From assembly GCA_964016885.1 (NCBI GenBank), contig OZ024741.1, forward strand, positions 411,990,001 through 412,054,000: a stretch of 64,000 nucleotides of DNA, given 5' to 3'. A program made the translations under genes and the position numbers. Of the stretch, positions 52,389 through 64,000 are shown piece after piece. Numbering within the stretch: position 1 is the stretch's first letter; each line of letters begins with the position of its first letter. The notes under the pieces are model-generated. The model did no database searches and was not told where the DNA came from. It saw nothing but the letters and a program-made list of their open reading frames with translations. The DNA is from Eledone cirrhosa (lineage: Eukaryota).

Positions 52389-53078
52389 TAATAGAAAACA
52401 GTAATAAGGACCAATTACCAAATAGTAGGGGAGATCTGCAGTTTAGGGCAACTTCAGGGAGAAACCCTACACAAAATTCTGGATTACTCTGTTACCCCAC
52501 AGGCATTGAAAGTGTCTTCTCCCAGTCAGAGGTATAACTTGCCTATGGCAAGCAGTGAAATTGTGACCCCTGTCCAAACATATGACTGTATTTTTATTTA
52601 TAGGCCTTTATATTTATATAAATAGTTTAATGTTCCAGCCACCTTAGTGTTTCTCAGCCATGATAATCAGAGGTTGTTAGACACAAGCCCATAACTTTGT
52701 AATGCTTGGGCACCGGGCGATAGCATGCAAGAAGGCTTCATCACCCTATGTACATCGCAGACAGTTCCGGCTGTCTAGAGATTTAGTTGATCCTTTCAAC
52801 ACTGATACACGTTTTATCAATCTCATATTGTCAAACACACACACACAGTACATCCATCGATCTATATATATATAAGCCTGTTGAATGGAAGTTGGTAGGC
52901 GGTGATTGCGCAGAAGCCTGTTGTGTGTATATATATATATATATAATTTGGAGAATCCGTTGAGATAAGTTCAAGTTTATTATTATTATTCGTATCTCCA
53001 AATTGTTTGGTTCGCATAAGATTTGTACATATTTATATATATATATGTATGTATGTGACATGTATAGATGTATGTATA

Positions 53079-53125
<47 letters not shown>

Positions 53126-53254
53126 ATGTATATGTGATGTGAATGTTAATATTTAAATTTGTGCATATAGCCCACCCACCCGCCCCACCTCCACCACATT
53201 TGGTATCCATACCCAACGCTGTACGATAACCGCTCTCTTGTGAATATATTATCG

Positions 53255-56200
53255 AACAGACAAGGGGTGGACGGAGGCTCTGTAAGCCGTAGTGTAGGCA
53301 ACCCGTCTACGAGAGCTACCACTCCGAATAAATTGGTGCGGGGTAGAGAAGTCCCCTAATACCAGTAAGACAACTTCCCTAGTGTTGGTGGCACGAATAA
53401 AAGCACCCAGTCCATGCTGTAAGGTGGTGCTGGTGTTAGGAAGGGCATCCAACCAGAATGAAATTTGCAACAACTGCGTAAACAGCAATAACACTAACCA
53501 TGTTAGGGCTGCGCATGGTAGTGGGGTGGCTGGTGCGGCCATGTGCGAGAATCCCCCAACCGTCATCAAACAATCGCACAACAGGAAAAAGAACGAGATG
53601 TCGCATCTCGGAGTTTCCACACTTAATGTTGGCACTCTAACAGATAGATCTTGTGAGATAGCGGAGATGCTGGAGAGAAGGCATGTGGATGTGTGCTGCA
53701 TGCAAGAGGTGAGATGGAGAGGTGCCTCTGCAAGACTAATCGCAGGCAAACATCGGAGTTATAAGCTTTTCTGGGTGGGTAATGATGATTGGTTAGGTGG
53801 GGTGGGTATATTACTGGCTGAGAGGTGGATCAGTAAGACAATAGAGGTAGTTAGAGTTAGTGTTAGAATAATTAAGCTTAGGTTAGTTGTAGACAAGAGA
53901 TTACTGACAATCATCTCTACTTATGCTCTCCAGGTAGGCCAAGGAAAAGAAGAGAAAGACTGCTTTTACGAGCAACTTTTACAAACAGCCTCAATGACAG
54001 AGATCAGAGACATCGTTATGCTAGCAGGGGACTTCAATGGACATGTTGGACAGCTCCAGGATGGATACACTGGGGTACATGGTGGGCACGGTTACGGCTC
54101 AAGAAATGAAGAAGGAGTGAGACTTCTTGAATTTTGTGATGCAAATGCACTAACCATTTACAACACTAACTTCCAGAAGCCTACCAACCACCTAATAACC
54201 TACAAATCAGGCGAGCACATAAGCCAGATTGACTTCTTGCTAGTTAGACAGCGAGACAGACAGATGGTGTCAAATATTAAGGCATAGCCTGGGGAAGAAT
54301 GTACCCCACATCATAGGTTAGTCGTTAGTGACATCTCAGTAAGCATGAGAAAGAATGAGACATACAGGAAGGTCTGGGAGCTAAAAGACCTTTTATTAAA
54401 ATATAAATTTAGCAAAGCCCTTCAAGATGTGTATGACGAAAAAGAAGACGATTTAGAGTTGTATGACATAGATAATAACTGGAATTTCTTACGTGACAAC
54501 TTACTGGAGGCTACTGAAGAAACTTATGGTTGGGGCAGAGCTTCAACCAGATAGAGAGTGACCTGGTGGTGGAACAGCATGGTAGATAGGGCCATTAGAG
54601 ACAAAAGACTGGCATGGAAGGCTTGGAAAAAGGGTGGGAGTAGGGAAGGATACACAGCCGCTAGAAGAGAAGCTAGACGTCAGGTGTACTTAGCACGCAG
54701 GGAGGCTGAGAGTAGGAGGTTTGCCAATGTTCTGCGATGGGAAAATCAGAAACATGCGGTGTTCCGCATTGCAAGGCAGTGTGTCAATGCAAATCAGGAT
54801 GTTGTTGGAGATAAGTATGTCCGGAATGATCGGAAAAAGGAGGCCTGGAAATGTCACTATGAGAGACTGATGAATGGGACAGAGAGAAATTATCCCCAAT
54901 AGACCCAACAGAGGGACCAGCTATTGAGATTGATGAATATAGGGTACAAGAGGCAATTAAAGAAATGAAGAATGATAAGGTTGCTGGTCCGTCGGGGATA
55001 GTTGCTGTGATGCTGAAGGCATCAGGTGAAGTAGGCATTAAACTGGTTGCATGCATCATCAATCAAGTTATATATGGTGGTGTCATACCCAAAGACTGGT
55101 GCAGCAGTATTCTCATAAATTGCTACAAAGGTAAAGGGGATGCTCTGGAGAGGAGCACTTATATGGGCATAAAGCTGATGGATCAGGTTATGAAACTGAT
55201 TAGAGAAAGGGTCAAATTAGATGAGATGCAGTTTGGTTTTGTGCCTGGGAAAAGTACAACAGTGAGGCAACTACAAGAGAAGTTCTTAGAGAAGAATAAG
55301 CCATTATACTTAGCTTTTGTTGACCTAGAGAAGGCCTTTGAGGGTACCCCGATCTGTCATCTGGTGGTCCCTAAAGAACTAGGTGTAGAGGAATGGCTTG
55401 TGAGGGCAGTGCAAGCTATGTACAGGGGTGCTGTCAGTAAAGTGAGAGAGGTATGAAGTTTAGTGGGGAATTTCAGATACAAGTAGGTGTACATCAAGGT
55501 TCGGTTCTCAGCCCGCTCTTGTTCATTATAGTCTTCCAAGCCATAACAGAGGAGTTTAAGACTGGCTGTCCATGGGAACTTCTCTATGCTGACGATCTGG
55601 TTCTTATAGCAGAATCAGTAGAGGAGCTAGAGAATAAATTCTGGCTATGGAAACAGCAGTTGGAATTAAGAGGACTGAGAGTGAACCTAACTAAGGCAAA
55701 AGCGTTGATAAGTAGAAGAGAGGACAATACTCCGATTCCATCAAGGAAATGGCCATGTTCGAAATGCAGAAAAGGAACTGGCATAAATTCCATAAAATGT
55801 ACGCAAAGCAGATCTTGGGTACACAAGAGATGTAGTGGGATAGCAGGCAAACTAACAGGTAGGGAAAACTACGTATGCAGTAGATGTACAGGGAAAGTTG
55901 GCAGTAGTAATCACAGTGATAGACACATTTTTCCAATGCAGGTGGGTTCTATAGAAGTGCTTGATAGCTTCCGGTACCTAGGTGATCAGATTAGCATGGG
56001 AGAGGGTTGTTCCGAGGCCATAGTATCTAGAATAAGGACGGGTTGGAAGAAGTTTAGGGAGCTGCTTCCTTTGTTGACAAAGAAGGGTTTCTCCCTGCAT
56101 ACGAAAGGACGGTTATATGATGCCTGTGTGAGATACGCAATGCTGCATGGTAGTGAGACATGGGCAGCAACTGCAGAAGATATGCCACGGCTGGAGAGAC

Positions 56201-56596
56201 ATGAAGCAAGTATGCTCCGTTGGATGTGCAATGTCAATGTGCGTGGACGACCAAGCATAGACGAGTTGAGAAAGAAACTGGGTATAAGAGGGATAAGTTG
56301 TGGTGTGCAGGAGAGAAGGCTGAGATGGTATGTACATGTGATGCGCATGGAGGATGACCGGTGGGTAAAGAAGTGCCAAGAAATCCCAGTAGAAGGAAGA
56401 CGCAGTAGAGGTAGACCACGAAAACCATGGGTGGAGGTGGTGAGAACAGACCTCAGATCGCTGAAACCCACCGAGGAGATGACGAAGGACCGTGACAAAT
56501 GGAGAGATGCTGTGCTGAATAGGACCTGTCCAACCCTTGCAAGAAGGGAAAAGCGACGTAAAATTATGATGTTGATGATGATGATGATGATGATAA
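53255..56596 (+). mobile_element. RTE-clade LINE, near full length, defective
   Basis: 5' region with GGCAACCCGTCTA and AGGAAGGGCATCC motifs, a single EN-RT ORF and a (GAT)n tail at ~56567-56596. The 5' boundary is approximate. Confidence 0.92.
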
Positions 56597-56619
56597 CAAT
56601 TATGCAACTTCTCTACTAA
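53541..56619 (+). pseudogene. RTE APE endonuclease + reverse transcriptase with an internal PHD-like Cys/His finger; multiple stops and frameshifts
   Basis: TLNVGTL, CMQEVRW, GDFNGHVG, SQIDF, FVDLEKAF, GVHQGSVLSPLLF, LLYADD, FRYLG, GSETW, RLRWY.HV, RGRPRK. Stops at 54285 and 54552. Confidence 0.92.
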
Positions 56620-56688
56620 CATATTGAGTACTTTATTTATTTGTGGTTCCTTACTGATACCCTACGGAAAACTACGTATATGTATATG

Positions 56689-56747
<59 letters not shown>

Positions 56748-56751
56748 ATGT

Positions 56752-56901
56752 GACGGGTTTCTGCACAGTTACCGTCTGCCAAATTTCCCTCACAAGACCT
56801 TGGTGCACCCGGGGCTATAGTAGAAAAGACTTGCATAAGGGGCCGCATATTAGGACTAAAGACGGCACCACATTCTTGTCAAGTGAACTCCTAACTACAC
56901 A
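56752..56901 (-). mobile_element. Degenerate tRNA-derived SINE with microsatellite tail
   Basis: The minus strand reads ..GCAAGTCTTTTCTACTATAGCCCCGGG..GTCTTGTGAGGGAAATTTGGCAGACGGTAACTGTGCAGAAACCCGTC followed by (AC/AT)n. A related tail lies on + at ~52885-52925. Confidence 0.6.
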
Positions 56902-56949
56902 AAATCTCATACAATTAAACTAAAATCATGTACAGCTCTTTAAAATACT

Positions 56950-57810
<861 letters not shown>

Positions 57811-57993
57811 TATGAAAGTAAGGCGTGACTTATGAATAAATTATATACAATCATATATATAAAAGTACTATCGTAATTTTATGGGCGTGGCTGGCGTATT
57901 GACGGACGCTGACAACACCACACGTGTTGACACTTTAAAATACGTACCATGTGTTGTTGAAAATAATTGACAACCTAGGTATTTATCTATACA

Positions 57994-58035
<42 letters not shown>

Positions 58036-58044
58036 GTGTGTATT

Positions 58045-58076
<32 letters not shown>

Positions 58077-58221
58077 CATGTGTGGGTGTGTGTGTATTTA
58101 TTTATATACATGTGTGTGTATGTGTATGTTACATGTGTTAGTGTGTTTGTGTATTTATATATATATATGTATGTTATGTGTGTGTCTGTGTGTTATATGT
58201 GTGGGTGTGTATGTGGTCACC

Positions 58222-58831
58222 CACGAGTGAAATCGGAGGTGATCACAATTAAAAAAGTACTCAATACATTAGTAGAGTGTAAACAACATTATTTTGTCAG
58301 TCACAACGTACTTTTAATTTATCAAATATTCAACCTGTTGGAACGGCAAGAGCTCAGCCGTCGGGTCCTGACTCTTTAGACTATATATATATATAGAGAG
58401 AGAGGAGGGGATTCTGTGGTGCTGAGACCGAGTATACCACTAATCATGGGAGTACTCAATACAGAGATTTGTAATATTCCGACCGCGGCGCCCCCCCCCT
58501 CTCTCTCTCTCTCTATATATATATATAAAGTTATTTCTCACCAATATATAAACAACTTTATGAAAAGATCGCGATAGATTTTAGATTCCTAGGAATCTAC
58601 AGCCTCTTTGACTTTGTATACTCGTATATATATATATATATATATAGATGAGATTCTACAGGACTAGAACTGTTTCATTCTTTAGAAATCATCAGGAATC
58701 CTGATGATTTCTAAAGAATGAAACTGTTCTAGTCCTGTAGAATCTCATCTATATTAAAACTTTTATACTCTGCAATGTATTGAGTACCTTACTTACTGTG
58801 GTTACCTCCGACTCAACCCGGAATAACGTAC
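58222..58831. mobile_element. Short dispersed-repeat termini in opposite orientations, probably Penelope-like element ends
   Basis: 58233-58285 (TCGGAGGTGATCACA..GTACTCAATACATTAGTAGAGTGTAAA) is a diverged reverse complement of 58760-58812. Both abut TA/TG microsatellites and lie next to a GIY-YIG remnant. Confidence 0.5.
58642..58754. repeat. 113-bp near-perfect palindrome (56-bp arms, 1-nt spacer at 58698, one mismatch)
   Basis: ATATAGATGAGATTCTACAGGACTAGAACTGTTTCATTCTTTAGAAATCATCAGGA-A-TCCTGATGATTTCTAAAGAATGAAACTGTTCTAGTCCTGTAGAATCTCATCTATAT. Confidence 0.97.
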
Positions 58832-58908
<77 letters not shown>

Positions 58909-59062
58909 GGTATCCACAGTAAGTTGTGGGGTCTATTCTGCATGAAGAACTCGATGTAATCCATATGTTGAAAATGTTGTAGGTTAAGATAAATCCCGGA
59001 AAACAATAAAACATTAAAAGGAAAACAGAGTCATGATATAAGTTAAAACAATGAAATAAAAA

Positions 59063-59254
59063 ATCAAGCTATCGTGGAACACCATTCTACAAAGAACTCC
59101 ATATCTTGGGAACAGGAGAGAATGCAGATTATGTTCAGGGGAGATCTTGGAAATTACTAAATCTAAGGACGACTTGTTAAATAAAAGGCAGGAGCTGATC
59201 ATAGTCTGTAATCACCGTATACGAAGAACATTTAAATACTATAAACCTAATTAA
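59063..59254 (+). pseudogene. C-terminal fragment of a Penelope-like element GIY-YIG endonuclease
   Basis: Hand translation IKLSWNTILQRTPYLGNRRECRLCSGEILEITKSKDDLLNKRQELIIVCNHRIRRTFKYYKPN*. This matches the W-x-I..CxLCxxE..LLNKRxEL..CxH terminus of aquatic-invertebrate Penelope-like elements. Confidence 0.75.
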
Positions 59255-59674
59255 ATATTCTAAATAGCAACTCACTATAATTCTATATAGAGTAACATTT
59301 ATTAGTACCCCTTTCCCCTAATCATATGCATTCATGCTTATTTTTTACATTTTAATGGTTTAGCTTCCTTAGGTTTATGCGTTAATGACTAAAGGCAACA
59401 AGGTACACAACCACCCGTAATTGCATGAGTGAATATATATCTATGTAGGATATGGAAATATATTTATGTGTGTGTATATATATATTTATGTATGTGTATA
59501 TATGTATATATATATATGTATGTGTGTATGTGTCTATATATATATGTGTATTTGTGTGTGTATATGTGAGTATATGTATGTGTATGAGTTTATTATTATT
59601 ATTATTACTATTATTATTACTTTTTTTTTTTTTTTTCTAATTCAATGATGTTCCAGAACAATATAAAAGAGATA

Positions 59675-61604
59675 TGTTTCTTTTATTTGCCACCAGGGCA
59701 TCAAAAGTGGGACAAGTACAATGGGGGAGTTTACAAAACAAGGCGTCCTCAATAAGGAGGAGGCAATAACAATATATAAAAATAAAATAAAATATAACAA
59801 AAAATAAAATTTATAACAAAGTCCTCAATAGAGAGGAGGCGCCTTGGGGGGTCGCCCCCCCCACCCCCCCGAAAAAAAGTGTGCAACCCTTTTCCTCAGG
59901 AGCACAGAGAAGGGGTGCTCCCTTGGTCTTTCATCTTCCTCACCTATAGTCTGATGTAGAGTGAAGGCCCATTCACACGGGCCATTCTCGCCACTTTCAC
60001 CCATCTTTCATAAAAACGGCTGGGGTGCAGCACCTCTCTCCATCCTGATCCTTCTTCCGAAATGATATCGGAAGAAATGGACCAGTTGTTGGCCAGAGAG
60101 AAAGGTGTCTGACCTCAGTCCTTTCAGACGCGTCCACCATACAACCTCTTTCGCCATGGCTATTACGCACAGAAACACCGCCTCTTCTTCGTTTTTGAAG
60201 AGGGGAGGCGGCTTGATCGTTACAATAGACTCGGTGGTCAACCGGATCGGTCCCACCCTTGACAGCAGTTGTTCGACATAGCCCCACAGATCGGCAATGC
60301 CCGAGCAGTGTACCAATGCGTGTGCAACGGTTTCCTCGTCGCACACGCATCTGGGACAGATCTTTTTCGATGGGTCCCTACCCGGGCGCCCGTGTCTGTA
60401 GAGCCTTTCTCGAACGGGCAGAGCCCTTCTGTAGCATTGCCAGGCCAGGGACCTCTGGAAGTTATCCATGGGTCCCGGGCTGAATGTCCTACCGAACAGG
60501 TTGGCCAGTTCGTCTTCCTCCACGCCTAGGGCTTCTCCGAGGGCGTCGTCGCACCTGCTAACCACCAGCCCTCTATAGAATGACGAGGTGGATTCTCCAC
60601 TGACAGCCGGGTCCGCCTGCTAGAGAGCCGTGAGCGCCTGGGCACACTCGGTGTGCCAGGCGCCCAGTTTTCTCGGTCTTTGCTTGACCCAGGATTGCAG
60701 CTCGGTGAGTGAGACGAGTCTGCGAAAGGCTCGCCTCACAAACGGGGCCCACACCGGTTGACCGGAGAGGAATACCTGAAGGTGCCGTAGCCTTAATGCG
60801 TGTTTACGTATCATTAGCCACGGCATCCCCAGCCCTCCTTTCGAAGGGTGTTGACAGCAGATGGATCTCCTCACCATAGGAGCCCGCTTCTTCCAAAGGA
60901 ATTGGAAGAGTGCGCGCTCCATTTTGGCGAGCGTTTCCCTTGGGCAAGGCACAACGGTCAGGCGGTAGTAGATGACGGACGCTATATAAGTGTTCGCCAC
61001 CTCCGCCCGACCTTTCAGGGACAGTTTGCACTCGGCCCACTTCTGGATCAGTGCAAACACCCTGTTCGTTACCTCACCCCAGTTCTTCTCCACCTGGAGG
61101 ACTGGTCCGAACCAGACCCCGAGCAACTTCACCGGGCCCTCCGTCCAGCGCCCGACGCCGCCATCGGAGGGCATCGATCTGCCCCTCCACGTGCCGAGTT
61201 GCAGACCGATCGACTTGTCCCGGTTCAGCTTAGCTCCTGTAAATCTTTCGTACTCCTCCAGTAAGGTGCCAATCGCCCCGATTTCCGAGGCCGTCGACAC
61301 CATTACTGTTACGTCATCGGCGTAGGCTGACACCGCTTTCCGCAATCCCGGTTCCAACGGGATGCCCTGCAACAACTCCAACTTCCGCAGCAGTGGCTCT
61401 AGAGTCATTACATACAGAAGGGAGGAGAGAGGGCACCCCTGTCGGATGGACCGCGCGATTTCGAACGGCTCCGAGAGGTAGCCGTTCACCTTGACCCTAG
61501 AGCAGATGCGGCTGCTGTGCATGGCATTGATCCAGCCCCTGAAAACGGGTCCGAAGCCTGCCGCCGCTAGCACCGCATCCAGGTAACCATGGTCGACCCT
61601 ATCG
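59675..61604 (-). mobile_element. 5'-truncated Tx1-clade LINE (second subfamily) with a 15-bp target site duplication
   Basis: RT from FDRVDH through RQGCPLS, YADDV, GGLGMP and the C-terminal CPRC..H..C. One in-frame stop (60620-60622) and a frameshift near 60035. AATATAAAAGAGATA occurs at 59660-59674 and 61605-61619. Confidence 0.93.
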
Positions 61605-61606
61605 AA

Positions 61607-64000
61607 TATAAAAGAGATAATTGGCAATTTAGGTTCTGGAACAAAAAGATCATTGGCAATAAGGGCAGGGGCCCCAGGTTATCACAGCCTGGGCCCGCTC
61701 GTCATCGTGCCATTGTAATAGAGCCAAACAAGGCATTTAGTCTTGGCTGCTGGAACGTACGGACGCTGCTTGACAGGGATTCCTTGGGGCGTCCTGAACG
61801 AAGGACCACTCTTGTTGCAAAGGAGCTTCGACGTTACGATCTTGACATCGTGGCTTTATCTGAGACGAGGTTAGCTGGAGATGGTCATCTTACAGAATTT
61901 TGTGGAGAATATACATTCTTCTGGAAAGGAAGAGATGAAGGAACCAGAAGAGAGGCTGGGGTAGGATTTGCTGTTAAGACTGTGCTTGTGAACAAATTAG
62001 AAGAATTCCCAGTAGGGATTAGTGAGCGTCTTATGTCCATGAGAGTTCCGCTGGACAAGGGAAGATATGCTACCCTGGTGAGTGTGTATGCTGCAACTAT
62101 GAATTCTGTCGATGAGGAAAAGGTGTCCTTTTACCATGCCTTGAAAGGTGTTTTAAGAAATATCCCTCAGGCAGACAAAGTCATCGTGCTTGGTGACTTT
62201 AATGCTAGAGTGGGTAGGGATTTTAACATATGGAATGTAATCGCAAGGCATGGGGTGGGAAAGTGTAACAGCAATGGTATGCTCCTGCTGCAGATGTGTG
62301 AGGAGTTGGATCTGTGTGTTACCAACACCATGTTCCAACAAAAGAACAAATTCAAGACCACATGGATGCATCCTGCATCTAAGGAATGGCATATTTTGGA
62401 CTACGTCCTAGTCAGGATGCGTGACAGACAGGATATGCAGTGTGTTCGTGTTCTTCGTGGAGCTGAGTGCTGGATGGACCACCGCCTGGTACGCGCAAAA
62501 GTGAAACTAATCACTAAACGTAAAATCCGGACTCCTGGTGTTGCCCTGCCCAAAAGATTGAATGCTGCTCGTCTTAAGGATAAAAATGTGAAGAGGACAT
62601 TGGAAGAAGAGATGCAGGCTGCAGATCTTGGTGAGGATTGGCCGACCCTTAAAAAGTCGGTTTATGATGTAGGCAGGCGTGTTCTGGGATTGGCGCAGAG
62701 GAAACATCAGGACTGGTTTGATGAGAATGATGTACATATAGAAGACTTGTTGGCTGATAAGAGGCGTGCTCTGTCACGCTACTTGACGGCAAAACCACAG
62801 GAGAGGAATACGTTGCATGGGGAACTCAGGGATGTAAAATCACGTGTTAGGCGGAGTCTTTCTCAGATGAAGGATCAGTGGTGGAGTGAGAAGGCTGGTG
62901 AGATACAAACTGCGTCTGATTCCAATAGCACAAAGCTGTTGTACAGTCTCTTGCGTGAGGTTTATGGACCGTCTTCTTCTCTGGTGACACCGCTTCGCAG
63001 CAGGGATGGCAAAGAACTTCTTCGTGACTCACAAGGAATTCTACGAAGGTGGCGAGAGCACTTTGATGATCTTTTGAATCAGCCGTCTGTCGTCAGTGAA
63101 GATTTCCTCAATCTCATTCCAGAAAGTCCTGTGAAAGTAGCTCTCGCAGAACCTCCGACGCTTGTGGAGGTTGCAGTGGCTATTTCGAAGCTGAACAGTG
63201 GAAGATCTCCAGGTATGGATGGCATACATGCTGAGCTCCTACAATATGGTGGTGAGAGACTCCTGCAACATCTTCACTCTTTGTTTGGCAGGATATGGGC
63301 TAATGAATCCGTACCTGAGGACTGGAGAGATGCAGTAATGGTGGTCTTGTACAAGGGAAAGGGTAACAGGAACGATTGTGGGAACTACAGAGGTATATCA
63401 TTGCTTTCTGTCGTAGGGAAAGTTTTATGTAGGGTGCTTCTGGACCGTCTGCTGACACACATTGCAGATTGTGTTCTTCCTGAAAGTCAATCTGGTTTTA
63501 GTGCTGGACGCGGCACTACTGATATGATCTTCTCAGCTAGACAGCTCCAGGAGAAGTGCATGGAACAAGGCTTGGATCTGTATCAGGTTTTTGTCGATAT
63601 GACAAAAGCTTTCGATACTGTTAACAGAGATGCATTATGGAAGGTTCTCCAGAAACTTGGTTGCCCTGATAAGTTCCTTGCTTTAGTTAGGTCTTTCCAT
63701 GACGACATGAAGGCTTGGGTTAATGTCGGGGGTAACATGTCGGAGCCTATCTCAGTAAAAAATGGAGTGAAACAGGGGGATATTCCAGCACCAACCCTGT
63801 TTGCCATATACTTTGCAATGATTTTCTGTATTGCATTCAGGAATTGCGAGCATGGTGTTTACATCCGATATCGAACCTCAGGCAGCATATTTAACATCAT
63901 GCGCTTTGCTGCGAAGACAAAAGTATTTACATCAATCATAAGAGACCTCTTGTATGCAGATGATTGCGATCTTGTAGCGCACACAGAGAGTGATATGCAG
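61607..64000 (+). CDS. RTE-clade (BovB-like) LINE ORF, APE endonuclease + reverse transcriptase, uninterrupted and running off the window
   Basis: Hand translation of ~798 codons finds no stop: GCWNVRTL, ALSETR, GVGFA, GDFNARVG, TWMHP, DHRLV, DWFDEND, SPGMDG, NYRGISLL, KAFDTV, GVKQGD, YADD. Absent from the ORF track because no stop falls in the window. The start codon is not identified. Confidence 0.93.

Noticed and set aside
59745-59840. Short direct repeat GTCCTCAATA..GAGGAGGC in the 3' UTR of the second Tx1 copy
   Set aside because: Two ~20-bp copies in a low-complexity UTR, with nothing to indicate function.
59643-61700. HDV-like ribozyme in the reconstructed RTE 5' region
   Set aside because: GTTCCAG/CTGGAAC could be P1, but the P1.1 GG, P3 and J4/2 elements do not follow in order. 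It is only a simple hairpin by eye.

Overview
Eukaryotic, gene-poor, repeat-dense window. The repertoire of TTAA-flanked MITEs, tRNA-derived SINEs with RTE tails, RTE, Tx1 and Penelope-like LINEs and many (TA)/(CA) microsatellites looks like a cephalopod, probably Octopus. That assignment is inferred, not verified. I can support no host protein-coding gene. Bases 1-43.4 kb are mostly three large tandem arrays: a 49/48-bp array (~22.4 kb), a 48-bp array (~11.4 kb) and a 42-bp array (~7.3 kb), plus smaller 72-, ~110- and 10-bp arrays. Most arrays trace to transposon sequence visible in this same window. The 49-bp array is the amplified TTAA plus left terminus of one piggyBac-like MITE. The 48-bp array is an amplified piece of an RTE-5'UTR-derived SINE body, and a 2-3 copy seed version sits at 45.4 kb. 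The 72-bp array lies inside a second TTAA MITE. Bases 46-64 kb hold a near full-length Tx1/L1-clade LINE flanked by a 112-bp direct repeat of its own 3' end, a decayed RTE LINE with a PHD-like finger inside its RT, Penelope-like remnants including a 113-bp palindrome with a hammerhead-like core, a 5'-truncated Tx1 copy with a 15-bp TSD, and an uninterrupted RTE ORF running off the window that the ORF track missed. The giant repeat ORFs in the track are most likely artefacts of unit lengths divisible by 3.
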